64,000 nucleotides of DNA, taken from Octopus vulgaris. Taxonomy: Eukaryota. The notes under the pieces were generated by a model. That model saw nothing but the letters and a program-made list of their open reading frames with translations, did not search any database and was not told the origin of the DNA. Numbering within the stretch: the first letter of the stretch is position 1; each line of letters opens with the position of its first letter. The stretch is from assembly GCA_951406725.2 (NCBI GenBank), contig OX597835.1, positions 43,772,001 through 43,836,000 on the forward strand, in the 5' to 3' direction. A program made the position numbers and the translations under genes. Positions 1 through 14,608 of this stretch are shown here, piece after piece.

Positions 1-343
1 CTCAACCCGCATCCCTCTCCTTTCTCTCTTCCTTCCTTTCTTTCTCTCTCTCTCTCTTTCTTCCTTTCTTTCTCTCTTTCTTCCTTTCTTTCTCTCTTTC
101 TTCCTTTCTTTCTCTCTCTTTCTCTCCCCTTGTCTGATTACATACATACTTCACCTCTTATCTCTCACTACAAATGACTACAAATGTTTTGCAAGTATGA
201 CAATACCAATCGGGGAGACAGACATCGGTTAAGCAAACATTTATTGTTCGTCCTTTGTTTTTATAGACACACGAGACGAGTGCAAAACCCTTCACACTCG
301 TCCGAGCCAACACTCTCTCTAACACCAACGAGTTTCTCGTATA

Positions 344-1182
<839 letters not shown>

Positions 1183-1250
1183 TCAACTAAAGGCGGTGCT
1201 CCAGCATGGCCGCAGTCATATGACTAAAACAAATAAACGAAGAAAAGAGA
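1183..1250 (+). mobile_element. SINE family A 3' tail
   Basis: aaggcggtgctccagcatggccgcagtcatatgactaaaac, as at 13452-13495. Confidence 0.8.
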
Positions 1251-1861
1251 ATATATATATAAGAGGGAGAGAGAAAGAGAGGGAGAGGGAGAGGGAGAGA
1301 GAGAGGGAGAGGGAGAGAGAGAGGAGAGGGAGAGAGAGAGGGAGAGGGAAATATAGAAGGATTTTTCTCTTTTCTTTTTAACAAAGAACCAATCCAGAAA
1401 CTCTGGATTCTCTCTCCACGGCATAAAAACATACAAACTAACCATCTGAACCACTACAATGTCGAGGCGTTCTTTTTGTCCAAGAAACCTCAAAATCGCC
1501 GAAAATCTATGCTTACGTGATAAGTACAAGAAATGCAAATGCGTGTAGATTCAATGTTCCTTTTATAACTGAAATCATCCATCTACAAATGAATAACGTT
1601 TAATATGCTCCATGTGTGTAATGAAATGCCGGTTAATCAATACGATGAAGTCCTCAGCCAGCAAATAGACAATGCACCAATTTTATGTTTTGTTTGTTCT
1701 CATATTTCTCGTATGGAGAGGATGGCGTTCAAATACATATATTTATTCTTTTTCTTGCGAAACCATGCCAGGCAGAGAAAACGGAATGAAAGAGTGGAAA
1801 AGAAAAGAGGATTTATAAACATTTGCAAATAAGTCTATCTGTCTATCTATCTATCTGTCTC

Positions 1862-2077
<216 letters not shown>

Positions 2078-2126
2078 GTCTGTCTGTCTGTCTATCTACC
2101 TATGTATCTACGTATCTATCTGTCTG

Positions 2127-2212
<86 letters not shown>

Positions 2213-2214
2213 AT

Positions 2215-2590
2215 GGAACTCCGTCGGTTACGACAACGAAGGCTCCAGTTGATCCGATCAACGGAACAGCCCTGCTCGTGAAATTAACGTGCAAGTGGCT
2301 GAGCACTCCACAGACACGTGAACCCTTATCTCGGGGATATTTAGCGTGTTACAGAGTGTGTTAAGGCTGGCCCTTTGAAATGCAGGTACAACAGAAACAG
2401 GAAGAAAGAGTAAGAGAAAGTTGTTGTGAAAGAATACAGCAGTATTCACCCCACCCCTTCCTCACTGGAGCCTCGTGGAGCTTTATGCGTTTTCGTTCAA
2501 TAAACACTTACAAGGCCCGGTCTGGGAATCGAAACCGCGATCCTATGACCACGAATCCGCTGCAATAACCACTGGGCAATTGCGTCTCTA
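2215..2590 (-). mobile_element. tRNA-derived SINE family C
   Basis: Reverse complement of the 6696-7064 copy. Confidence 0.85.
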
Positions 2591-2635
<45 letters not shown>

Positions 2636-2789
2636 AAAATACATACGTATATCTATCTATCCATATCTATGTTTATATTTTAATATATATATATAATGTT
2701 TCAGTTACATGTTACATAATACATCATAATATACAACACATAATGGTTTCCTTCCAAATGTCTCATATCACAATCCTTGCAGCTATGGC

Positions 2790-2992
2790 TATTGTATTGA
2801 TTCATGACTTTGGTACCAGAGCATACATTATTTAGGAAGTGTTATACAAAGAATTGTATCCAATTTCTCTCTGTCCTTTCTTAAGGAATGGTCGACATAA
2901 TTCTTATTTTGTGGATCTGGTTTAAGAAACCCATTCACAGAAGTTCCGTTCTGTTGTCGTCTCCTCAAGAAATACGAGTTTCTTTTCTCATT
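2790..2992. repeat. Unclassified dispersed repeat (second copy ~5305-5490)
   Basis: Shared blocks tacattatttaggaagtgttat, gtggatct.gtttaagaaa, tctcctcaagaaat..gagtttctttt. Confidence 0.7.
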
Positions 2993-3043
2993 TAACGATT
3001 GTCGATTTAAGTCTCATTGTCCTTAATTGAATAGTTACTGTAT

Positions 3044-3104
<61 letters not shown>

Positions 3105-3125
3105 TATATATATATATACATACAA

Positions 3126-3159
<34 letters not shown>

Positions 3160-3245
3160 TTATATATATGTATATACATGAATATATATATATGAACACA
3201 CTGTAAATACTAAGTTTATATATATACATACATATATGTATATAT

Positions 3246-3286
<41 letters not shown>

Positions 3287-3289
3287 TAC

Positions 3290-3385
<96 letters not shown>

Positions 3386-3394
3386 ATATATATA

Positions 3395-4252
3395 TTGGGT
3401 CGGTAACTAAGTCCCCGCGTTTTTTTTTATTGTGAAGTTTATCGCGTTTTTAAATTTTGCAATCTATTTTTTTCGAGAATTCTATTTTTGAATCAATTTG
3501 GAATCTATTTTGTTTTTTTTTCTAGTTAATTTAGTTAATTTTTGTTTATTTTCATATCATTAAAATGGAATGTCAAGTTAAGAAAAACGAACATTTTCGA
3601 CAGCTCCTTCTTTTTGTTTTTAATCAAAGTCCTAAGGCCGCAAAAGCTACTCGCGACATTTGTGCTGTGTATGAAGAGGGTGTCATAGCTGAAAGAACCG
3701 CTCGTGATTGGTATGCCAAGTTCAAAAATGGAAATTTTGACCTCAAAGACGCACCTCGTTCTTGCCATCAAGTTGAGTTCGATGAAGAGCGATTAAACCA
3801 ACTTTTACACGAAAATTCTCAACGACTCAACACGGCTATTCAAGAGAAAAGACCTAATCGTCAGCATGGAGTTCTTCTGCTGCACTACAACGCCCGCCCT
3901 TATATCACGAATATCACCAAGGAAGCCATTCAAATGCATGGCTGGGAAGTGCTGCCACACCCGCAGTACTCTCCTGATTTGGCACCAACGGATTTCCACC
4001 TCTTTCGATCTCTTTCAAATGCTATGCAAGGAGTTTCATTCAATACTGATGCAGTATTGAGAACTTGGATCAATTTTTCGAATCGAAATCGGGTGATTTC
4101 TACCAAGGAGGTATTGAAAATCTTGTTGAACTTTGGGAAGAAGTTGTAAGCAACAAAGGTGAATACATTAGGTGAATTAGTTGTTATTTTTTATTAAACG
4201 TTTAAAAAAATTAAAATTTTAAAAAACGGCGGGAACTTAGTTGCCAAGCCAA
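3395..4252 (+). mobile_element. Mariner (Tc1/mariner, DD34D) transposon with internal deletion
   Basis: ~30-bp imperfect TIRs (ttgggtcggtaactaagtccccgc / gcgggaacttagttgccaagccaa), TA on both sides, transposase remnant. Confidence 0.95.
3565..4149 (+). pseudogene. Defective mariner transposase
   Basis: N-terminal HTH (WYAKFKNGNFDLKDAPRS) fused in frame to HYNARPY...YSPDLAPTD (34-aa spacing, second catalytic D changed to Y); WVPHEL region and first D missing. Confidence 0.9.
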
Positions 4253-4258
4253 TACATG

Positions 4259-4309
<51 letters not shown>

Positions 4310-4502
4310 TTTACATCATAACAATTTAGAAACTGCGGGAATCGTGAAATGTTTACAAGAGTGGCAGTTTCCATGGGCAGCCTTCGACTTCTTATCCAAA
4401 CGGCTTTTAACCCAATATTTTACACGCTGTCATTTATAACTTTATATACACTCACTTCAGGTTGAGACTCTCATGAAGCTGCTAGGTATTCTCATATTCC
4501 TT

Positions 4503-4550
<48 letters not shown>

Positions 4551-4559
4551 CACACACAA

Positions 4560-4596
<37 letters not shown>

Positions 4597-4944
4597 CATA
4601 TATATATATCATGTATATAACCTGATATAACACACACATACATATATATATATATATATCAATTTATCTTTATATATATATATGTATATATTTTTATCTT
4701 TTTCTCGTCCCACCACCACACATGCATAAGAGACAAGTCTGTTGATTTCGATTAACGCATGAGTGCTCAGATGGTCGATTCGTTGAGTGACCTTCGCACT
4801 GAATTAGTGTTCGATGTGACTCAGTATTCCTGAACACCTTTAATTATTTAGTTTTTAATGTTGGTGCATCGACTCTAAACATTTAATATAAGTACTTTTG
4901 ATAGTTCCAGACTTTGCGTCCCCAAGTCAAACATCGCTTTGACC

Positions 4945-5012
4945 GTTCTGTATTTAAGAAATGAGGAATTATGTACATTATTTACATTATTGACGAATAT
5001 TTGTCCTCATCT
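4945..5012 (-). mobile_element. 3'-terminal fragment of the hammerhead-bearing SINE-like element
   Basis: Matches 58059-58125 (gttct.tatttaaga.atgaggaattatgtac...atttgtcctcatctt). Confidence 0.7.
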
Positions 5013-6068
5013 TTGATTCTACCAACTCTTCGCCACTGCCCGGTGTACAAGAACTGCAAGTATGTCATAATCAGCTAAAATTCCTTGGAAAAGGTGTTAT
5101 CCAACATGACTCCCATTCCGCCCCCCCCCCCAAAAAAAAAACAAAAAACAGAAAAAGAAAAACCAGAAAGAGGAGAAGTAAAATAGAAACAAACATTAAA
5201 ATAATTCTTCATATTTTCATTCACATAAGAAATTATTTTAATCTTTTTATTTCTTTTTCATTCCTCCTCTTCCCGGTTTTCCGTTTTTTGGAACGAGGGC
5301 TTTTGTATTGATTCCTAACATTGTTACCAGACCGTACATTATTTAGGAAGTGTTATCCAGAGAACTACATTCACTTCTCTGTCTCTCCTTAAGCAACAGT
5401 CGACGTATTTCTTATTTTTGTGGATCTAGTTTAAGAAATCTGTTCCGTCCTGTTGCGGTCTCCTCAAGAAATCTGAGTTTCTTTTCCATTTGTAGCAGAT
5501 GAGGTTAACCAACCAATAAGACATAGCAAACTATGTTTTTATTTACATTTTACTCAAAGTCTAAAGACTAAACTTAAATTATTGAGACCAACCGTTGTTA
5601 GGTTGATAGCAATCAATGCATAATTTATACAATAGACAGAGTAAATCATAACAGAGAAAATATATAAATTACTTATTACTTACTAAGGACAGCTGAACAG
5701 AAGAGCTTTCGGAGACATTAATAATACACACACACATATATACACACACATACACTCACTCACACACATACACACACACATGTGCATATGTATGTTTCGC
5801 TTATGACATTTTAGCTTTATGAAAGCGAAGCTAGAAATAAAGAATAATGAAAAAATAACTTAAGAGGAAATGTAAAATGAGAAAAGGAGAAAATGAATAG
5901 TTTAAAGATGGCCACTGGTTGTATGTCATTCGTAAACTGGTATATATGGTTCTCTATCTATTCGCATCTCTCTCTCTCTCTTTAATATATATATATATAT
6001 ATATATAATTACTTAGTATATATATATATATATATATATACTTTATTTAAAAGCAGCAGAAATTCAAC

Positions 6069-6115
6069 AAAACCTGTTACTCTGAGTTTCACGTTCCCGT
6101 TCGTCGGACAGTTTT
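6069..6115 (-). ncRNA. Type I hammerhead ribozyme motif (core CCGACGA) in a short TA-flanked repeat (~6040-6199)
   Basis: Minus strand: aaaacugu-CCGACGA-acg(ggaa)cgu-GAAA-cuc(a)gag-UA-acagguuuu; all three stems pair, GUA cleavage triplet. Confidence 0.7.
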
Positions 6116-6274
6116 TGTTAACAAAAGCATATTACTCTACCCCTGGTATTTGAGTACTCTTTTTTCCGCCTTGTTTCACATTTATGTGTTTACTCCGGTA
6201 TATATATATGTGTGTGTGTGTGTATGTATATATATATATATATATATATTTATGTATATATATGTATGTGCATG

Positions 6275-6323
<49 letters not shown>

Positions 6324-6344
6324 ATATATTTCTTTTCTGATATT

Positions 6345-6450
6345 ATTTTACCTGTTTCAGTCATTTGACTGCGGCCATGCTGGAGCACCACCTATAGTCG
6401 AACAAATCGACTCCACTACTTATTTTTTGTAAGCCTAGTCCTTATTCTAT
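6345..6450 (-). mobile_element. SINE family A 3' fragment
   Basis: gtttcagtcatttgactgcggccatgctggagcacc. Confidence 0.75.
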
Positions 6451-6672
6451 GACGTAGACGCATATATATATTGAGGAGACACACAGACATGTTACAACTG
6501 GTTTCATTGAATCTTCATTGTCGTCGAGAGCGTTATGTCTTTTCGCTGGACACAAAACTTGAGAATAATTTATTCATATCCCAAAGATGGAGCCTTTTAT
6601 CTTTGTTGGAAACCGGCTCCCTCATCAGTGGAAGATTCATAATAATTAAAAATTAGAAGACATACATATATA

Positions 6673-7308
6673 CAATGCCTAATTGTCAGTCTGGAGTGGA
6701 GGCGCAATGGCCCAGTGGTTAGGGCAGCGGACTCGATTCCCAAACCGGGCGTTGTGAGTGTTTATTGAGCGAAAACACCTAAAGCTCCACGAGGCTCCGG
6801 CAGGGGATGGTGATGATCCTTGCTGTACTCTTTCACCACAACTTTCTCTCATTCTTACTTCCTGTTTCTGTTGTACTTGTATTTCAAAGGGCCGGCCTTG
6901 TCACTCTCTGTGTCACGCTGAATATCCCCGAGAACTACGTTAAGAGTGCACGTGTCTGTGGAGTGCTCAGCCACTTACACGTTGATTTCACGAGCAGGCT
7001 GTTCCGTTGATTCGGATCAACCGGAACCCTCATCGTCGTAACCGACGGAGTGCTTCCATCCATCAATTGTCAGTCTGGATAAGCTTGGATTTTCAGATAA
7101 AGAAATCCAACAACTGATTTGCACATTAAAAATACAATCTATAAGCAGAACAGTAAAATTATGCAAGACTTTTCTCAGATTTAAAATGTGACATTGTTTT
7201 CGTTATCTACATTCCAAAGAAGGAACTTTGTATCTTTGTTAGAAACCAGCTCCTTCTTCTTCAGAAGAAGAATTTAAATAATTAAAAACAGAAGAGACAC
7301 ATGCATAC
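6673..7308 (+). mobile_element. 5'-truncated RLE-type non-LTR retrotransposon (TACA-associated family), split by SINE C
   Basis: Removing the SINE and one TSD restores [43 protein letters not shown], homologous to the 54118-54324 peptide; conserved 3' stem at 7219-7256. Confidence 0.8.
6696..7064 (+). mobile_element. SINE family C with 15-bp TSD
   Basis: TSD aattgtcagtctgga at 6681-6695 and 7065-7079; A box tggcccagtgg; short ccat tail. Confidence 0.92.
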
Positions 7309-7533
7309 ACGAGGAATTAGCAAAACCAGTTCCCAAACTTCACGCCTGTTATTATTGGAGCAACAGGATAGGTAGCAATCTATTTGGAGCAAAGTATGTT
7401 AGAGAATGTTAGGAAGAGAATGCAGTCTCTTAATCCATACGCCACACGCGCCTCAAATGATCACGATAAGTGGGGCTATAAAAATCTGCAAGACATTTTT
7501 AAGATTTAAAGGATGACTTTTAAAACAAGATGC

Positions 7534-7632
<99 letters not shown>

Positions 7633-7949
7633 GTAAAAAATACAAACTGGGACAAGAACGCAAAACAAAAAACACGGACGGGACAATCGAAGCCTTCAGT
7701 CTTCAGTCAAGAACCGGATCATCCTCGCAATTTCGGTTGATTAATCTTGAGATCGCTCCGATCCGGCCAGCCCCAAGGAAAAACTAAGCTACGAGCATTA
7801 GATTTCTTGGAAAAAAGATCGAATGTATACGAAACAAGGACAGAAAAACGGACGATGCCACACGAATATAAATACAAATAACAATAATAGTAATAACAGG
7901 ACAAAAACAGCGGGTGTCTTACGACTATAGACAGTTCAACTTAGCTTAG

Positions 7950-8034
<85 letters not shown>

Positions 8035-8197
8035 GTTGAAATATACAGAAAAACAAAAGCGGAAGACAGGTGTATAAACAACAAGCAGGTGTATTAGTTT
8101 GGCGCTCGGGAATGTAGGACAGTCTTGTTCGTTTCGAGCCTATGCTCTTCAACAGAAACGAAAACGAGGAAATAAACAGAGAAAGAATAAAAAGAGA
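8035..8197 (-). mobile_element. Penelope-like 3' terminal fragment with decayed hammerhead (8122-8158)
   Basis: Homologous to 640-760 and 55480-55620; minus CUGUUGA-a-gagc(auag)gcuc-GAAA-cg-AA, cleavage triplet lost. Confidence 0.7.
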
Positions 8198-9166
8198 CTT
8201 ATATATTTATACATACATGTATATATGCTTTCAAATTATACATCTGTTTCCGACGCCGACTGAAGCAGTCTTCGTAGCAGCGGAAACACCAGCAACAGCA
8301 GGTGGAACAACAACCGCATCAGTTGCGTGTTCGTTTCACAAAGACTTAACTAGCGACTAAAATGGCAGATATCATGAATATGCCATTCGAGTGGAATTCA
8401 ATATCTCATTATTTCAGATATCTTTTTCTCTTTTTTGTATAGTTTATGCTATTCAGGTAAAATGTTTTCACACGAAGATTGCTGCCAGGCGAGACAATGA
8501 AAATAATAAATACTTAAAGTATTACACACACGCGAACACACACACACACACACACACACATGCACACACGCACACGCACACACACACACATACACACACA
8601 CACACGCACACACACACACATACACACACACACACGCACACACACACACCCACACACCCACACACGCACACACACACACATACACACATGCACACACCAC
8701 ACACACACACACGCACACACACACATACACACATGCACACACGCGCACACAAGACACAGACACACACACACATGCACACACGCGCACACACACAGACACA
8801 CATACACACACACACGCACACACACACACACATACACACACACACGCACACACACACCCACACACCCACACACACACGCACACACACACATACACACATA
8901 CACACACGCACACACACATACACACATGCACACACGCGCACACAAGACACAGACACACACATACACACACACACACGTACACACGCACACACAAGACACA
9001 GACACACACAGAGACAGACAGACACAAAGAAGCACGTACGTACGCACACACAAACACGCACACACACTCCCTACACATACATGATACATATATATGCTTA
9101 TTTATGTGCATGCATATGTATAAAATTATATATATTCCCCCTATATATACATATATATATATATAC

Positions 9167-9197
<31 letters not shown>

Positions 9198-9213
9198 TAT
9201 ATATACATATATA

Positions 9214-9268
<55 letters not shown>

Positions 9269-9300
9269 ATGTGTGTGTGTATGTGTGTGTGTATGTGTGT

Positions 9301-9339
<39 letters not shown>

Positions 9340-9591
9340 AACACACATATGTATACATATTTGTCTCGTATGTATATACGTATGCACATATATGTTTGCT
9401 AGGAAAATGTCTTTAAAATTCAAGTAATCTAAAAATTCTTTTAAAAGCAGATTAGAACAGACCCGAGGGATGATCTTGCTTCAGATCTGTGTTAATTTAT
9501 TGCCCTTTTTTAAAGCTGTTTTTTTTTAAAGATAATTTTGAAGTCTTCAAAGATCCTTTCAAATTTACTGATTGCATCAAGAACATTCTCT

Positions 9592-9629
<38 letters not shown>

Positions 9630-9638
9630 CATACACAC

Positions 9639-9672
<34 letters not shown>

Positions 9673-9852
9673 ATGTATGCATTTTTAAGTTCAATGCAAT
9701 TTATCACGCTCTTAGATGCAGAAAGACCTTTGCTAAAAAAAAAAGCGTCTCCAGAGAAATATTCCAAGTCCGAGTATACTGAGTGTAGACGAACGTGTCA
9801 AATATTATTCTACACATCTATATTTCAATCAGCGCTGCCTCCTGGATCTCTA

Positions 9853-9883
<31 letters not shown>

Positions 9884-9939
9884 TTCGCACGCACGCACTT
9901 ATGTATGTGTATGTATGTAAATATCTATCTATGTATCTG

Positions 9940-10021
<82 letters not shown>

Positions 10022-10039
10022 CATCCCTCTTTCTTTCCC

Positions 10040-10330
10040 TTCCTAGGGATACGTCTGGAACCTAGACAACTGATGAAAGCTATCAAAGAAATAGGCACAG
10101 CAGCAGAAACTGGTTCAAGGTGGCTATGGTTGAGAACAGACAGCATAAGTAAGCCTTTGATAGGTGAAGACTTGCTTACTCCTAGAAGCCTCACTCACCT
10201 GAAGTATACAGTCTGATGGTCGAAACAGTAGTGACCTGGAGGTATCTGCCGACGACATGGAAGTGTTTCCGGCATTGCAATGGATTCAGAAGAGCTTGCA
10301 AAACCTCTAAGTAGCTCCCGCAGCTTCTGC
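10040..10330 (+). mobile_element. 3' end of a HERO-like RLE non-LTR retrotransposon
   Basis: AIKEIGTAAETGSRWLWLR resembles the HERO C-terminal AAExxSRWLWxR motif, followed by a UTR-like segment. Confidence 0.6.
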
Positions 10331-10815
10331 GTGGGGCGAAGCTTCTCTGATGTTTTTTATTTATTAGTATCTTGTTCTTTAGTTTGAAATAATATCGTTC
10401 ATAAAACCAGTAACGCTTCAAGAACTCAACGTTCTCATTTTCTGGATTTAGTTGAAGAAATACTCGATCCAAGGTAGTCCTAACATGTTAACTCCGATCT
10501 TCTTCCGGGCATTACATATTTAGGAAATGATTCTCCAATGTCTCCATCTATTTTCATTAGAATAATATTCAAATTTAGAGAAATCCGACTGCTGTTTCAC
10601 CCGATCGATTGGCTATAAAGCCCACTCGTTAGTTCGATTGGATTAAGTGGTTTTTAATGGCGACTTTTTTTTTTACAACGCTTTGGTAATGGCGAAGCAA
10701 GAATCATGCAAATAACGTTTCGTATTTTATCGGTATTTCCTGATTTAAAATTTTAAATGTCATCACCACTTTACCTTCAGTTGAATCCAAATTACTTTCT
10801 AATTACTATTATTAT

Positions 10816-10895
<80 letters not shown>

Positions 10896-10938
10896 TTATT
10901 ATTATTATTATTATTATTATTATCATTATTGTTATTAT

Positions 10939-11399
10939 GTGAGAGAGCAGTTCATGCCATCAAAGTGACACTGGGGTAAAATATACGAAGCCCAATATAC
11001 CCATCATGACTACCCGTCTGATAAAGGTACACCAGGCACATGCATCACAACCATATGTGCGCGACATGGTGATCTTATATCAAGATAAACAGCACATGAC
11101 CTTGCAGGTGGGGCCCAGTTAGAATTTTCTTCAGGTTGAGTAGCCCATCCTGCTCAAAGGTCCCTGAATAAGGGTTGCTTTAGGATGTTAAACGAAACAC
11201 CTATGTTTCCAGAGGTGAATTATTCAAACCCCAAAGAATCCCTCTCAACACATGGCCATGATGCTCCCCACTACTTCTGCTCGTGATCAGAGATGCACAT
11301 ATCGTCAGCCACTAAGGGACATGCTCAACTGGTTAAGACCAAACAACTGACAAGCAAATCTGTGGTATTGAGCAGAATATTTGCTGTAGCCCATCTTTT
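10939..11399 (-). mobile_element. TAA-array-inserted retroelement 3' UTR (Dong/R4-like), 5'-truncated
   Basis: Near-identical to 32842-33218, 34005-34483, 58260-58765; fixed end ...ctctctcac(tc) followed by (aat)n, variable other end. Confidence 0.75.
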
Positions 11400-11400
11400 A

Positions 11401-11817
<417 letters not shown>

Positions 11818-11943
11818 CCAGTAGTCTCATTTTTATAACGTGCTTTCACTGCACTGCTGCGCGCAGTTCTGTGTGCTTTGGTTATGTCATGTGGTTTCTT
11901 GTGGTGCTCTTATTTTCACTGTATTAAAAGTGCTTTACGTAGG

Positions 11944-11945
<2 letters not shown>
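11818..11945 (-). mobile_element. Short 3' end of another Dong-like RLE element in (TAA)n
   Basis: Minus strand encodes ILRKALLIQ* (cf. ILRKVLEK* at 33855), then short UTR and (taa)n. Confidence 0.55.
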
Positions 11946-11984
<39 letters not shown>

Positions 11985-12448
11985 TTTGGTCATGTTCACT
12001 GACGTATAAATACACAAAATTGCTTCTTATTTTTGTTTTTTTTTGTGAGTAATTTAGTCGATAGAAAATTAAATCAAAGATTACATCAAAAACCGTATTA
12101 GTTCATAATAGCCCGATCCTATATAGAATTTCAGTAAAAATTAGAGGATTAACTGGGTAAGTTTTATTAATACAAACCGAAAAGATAATGGCGGTTTGTT
12201 TTATTGCTGACTTTTAATAGAGACTAGCAAGTATCATGCGAACACTATCGTTTCTAGCGATGACGTACTTCCTGTTATAAAATTTTAACCGTTACTGTCG
12301 AGTTACTTTCATGTAAAAACCAATTTATTTCCTAATTTTCATCGGTGGACTTACACTGAAATACCAGTAATATGATAGAGTATAATACAATATATACAAA
12401 ACGCAGAATAGACTTTGTTCGAGAAACTTCGGTTGCTAACAAAAAAAA

Positions 12449-12753
12449 TCGGTTACGACCACAAGGGTTTCAATTGCCCCGATTAACGGAACTTCTTGCT
12501 CCTGAAATTAACGTGCAAGCGGCTGAGCACTCCACAGACATGTGTACCCTTAACGTAGTTCTCAGGGAGATTCGGTGTAACACAGAATGTGACAAGGCTG
12601 GCCCTTTGAAATACAGGTACTACTCATTTTTGCCAGCTGAGTGGACTGGAGTGCTGTGAAATAAACCTCAAGGATACAGCACACCGCCGGTAAACGAACG
12701 CACCAACTTACAATCATGAGCTGAATACTCTGACCATTAAACCACGTGTCTTC
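12449..12753 (-). mobile_element. tRNA-derived SINE with CORE-like body and family-C tail (family D)
   Basis: Shares gaaattaacgtgcaag..gctgagcactccacagac block with family C; matches 22918-23231. Confidence 0.75.
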
Positions 12754-13047
12754 ACTGGTTACTAATACTACTCTGCTTTATAGTAAAATTGCACAAAATA
12801 TGTAAGATTAACGATGGAAACTATATTCATTAACAGCAAAATCTATACTTCTACAATAATTTAGTAATTCATTAAAACTTGTTAAGTGTTACTGAACGCT
12901 TGGAGTTAATGGCTTAAAAATTAAATCCGGTAATAATGGTATTATCAGAACAACGTTTTCTCCATGATCTTTGCTAATAAAAGCGCGATAACAAAAAGTA
13001 ATTAAAACAAAAATTTTCGAAAAAACTCTACTAAACTCTACTAAATA

Positions 13048-13212
13048 GGCGCAGGAGTGGCTGTGTGGTAAGTAGCTTGCTAACCAACCACATGGCTCCG
13101 GGTTCAGTCGCACTGCGTGGCATCTTGGGCAAATGTCTTCTGCTATAGCCCCGGGCCGACCAATGCCTTGTGAGTGGATTTGGTAGACGGAAACTTAAAG
13201 AAACCTGTCGTA

Positions 13213-13289
<77 letters not shown>

Positions 13290-13517
13290 TTGTGTGTGTG
13301 TTTGTGTGTCTGTGTTTGTCCCCCTAGCATTGCTTGACAACCGATGCTGGTGTGTTTACGTCCCTGTCACCTAGCGGTTCGGCTAAAGAGACTGATAGAA
13401 TAAGTACTGGACTTACAAAGAATAAGTCCCGGGGTCAATTTGCTCGACCAAAGGCGGTGCTCCAGCATGGCCGCAGTCAAAATGACTGAAACAAATAAAA
13501 GAGTAAAAGAGAGTAAA
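13048..13517 (+). mobile_element. SINE family A, full length with internal (TA)n
   Basis: tRNA-like head, ccttgggcaa CORE-like start, tail ggcggtgctccagcatggccgcagtc, taaaagag repeats. Confidence 0.9.
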
Positions 13518-13708
13518 CAATTAAAAATCACGTCTTGCAGAAGGTAAGACCGAGAATGGATGAAGTTTGGTATTTTTTGGTATAAAACTGATAAGGAAAT
13601 ATTCGATAGAGTCATTTATAAAGATATCAAACTTAAACATAGTCGCGTTTACTTTTGAAAGAAAACCTATTCCTACATCTACCTCCCGTATATGCATACA
13701 TACACACA

Positions 13709-14608
13709 TGGCCCTAGAATATGTAACGCTGCCTAAATACCAATCTTGAGAAATTAGGCTTCTCAAAACCAAAAAGGAGAAAGTTAATTCGAAGACTACA
13801 GATCCAGTCCATCACTGGAACTGTGAAAATCTGTAAAACTTTCCAGAAATTTATCATTTAGATATATATATGAGCATGTCTAGATATGCAACTATGTACA
13901 TGAGAATACATACATAAAGTAAAACATACACATCTGCACATATACATACATACATAAATACATACATACATAAATACATACATACATAAATACATACATG
14001 CATACATGGTGGCTGCCTCCTCGTTATCGAGTATGGCCATTACACGAAGCTTAATCGGTGTTGTTATCGTGCAATGCTTGTGTATGAAGATTTTTTTTAA
14101 AAGTGAGGAAAGGCTGTGCACTGAGTCAATCCCACTCACCAAGCAACAGCAGCCATAATCCGAAAAGAAAAACAAGTCAACATCATCGGTAACCACTGAG
14201 CCGCAGGTTTTATGTCGGAGTTATCCCAGTTACTTGAGTTACCTTCTCCAAGAAGGATGCCCTAACAAAGGCTAGGAGTCCTTCATTCCCAATGGTTTAA
14301 CCGCGCGATCGGGTATTCAGTCCGATTATTTCTATGTCCACGCGCATGATACAGCCTTAAGACATTTATTGGATGGCCGTTGACTCTCAAGAGTTCCTCC
14401 GCCCTTTGACGGGTTTTGTTTTTCCTCCCGCAGGGTGTCCAATAAACACCCTCCACATATACTTACATACATACATACATGCATACACACTGTTGTTGAT
14501 GTTGAAATGCCACCGAAGGAGCCTTGGATCTAGGTTAGAAACCGGCTCTTTCTCTATTGGAAAGAAATCTTGAAATATAACTGAACAATGACATACATGC
14601 ATACATGC
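13709..14608 (+). mobile_element. 5'-truncated RLE non-LTR element (TACA-associated family) with nested insertion
   Basis: 13709-13945 aligns with 54170-54405; 3' UTR ends at ~14600 with conserved stem 14515-14552 and acatacat. Confidence 0.8.
14008..14456 (-). mobile_element. Short non-coding insertion, possibly a non-autonomous RTE derivative
   Basis: Discrete GC-richer block interrupting the internal (TACA)n; ttaccttctccaagaaggatgccctaacaaaggct recalls RTE 5' UTR motifs (from memory). Confidence 0.4.

Noticed and set aside
8391-9423. Long HT/CV/IY-repeat ORFs here and at 36038-38378, 61425-62849, 62982-63998
   Set aside because: Di-, tri- and tetranucleotide repeats lacking stop codons.
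10055-10130. CTGATGA...GAAA as a hammerhead
   Set aside because: No convincing stems or NUH site; the segment is better explained as a HERO-like coding C-terminus.
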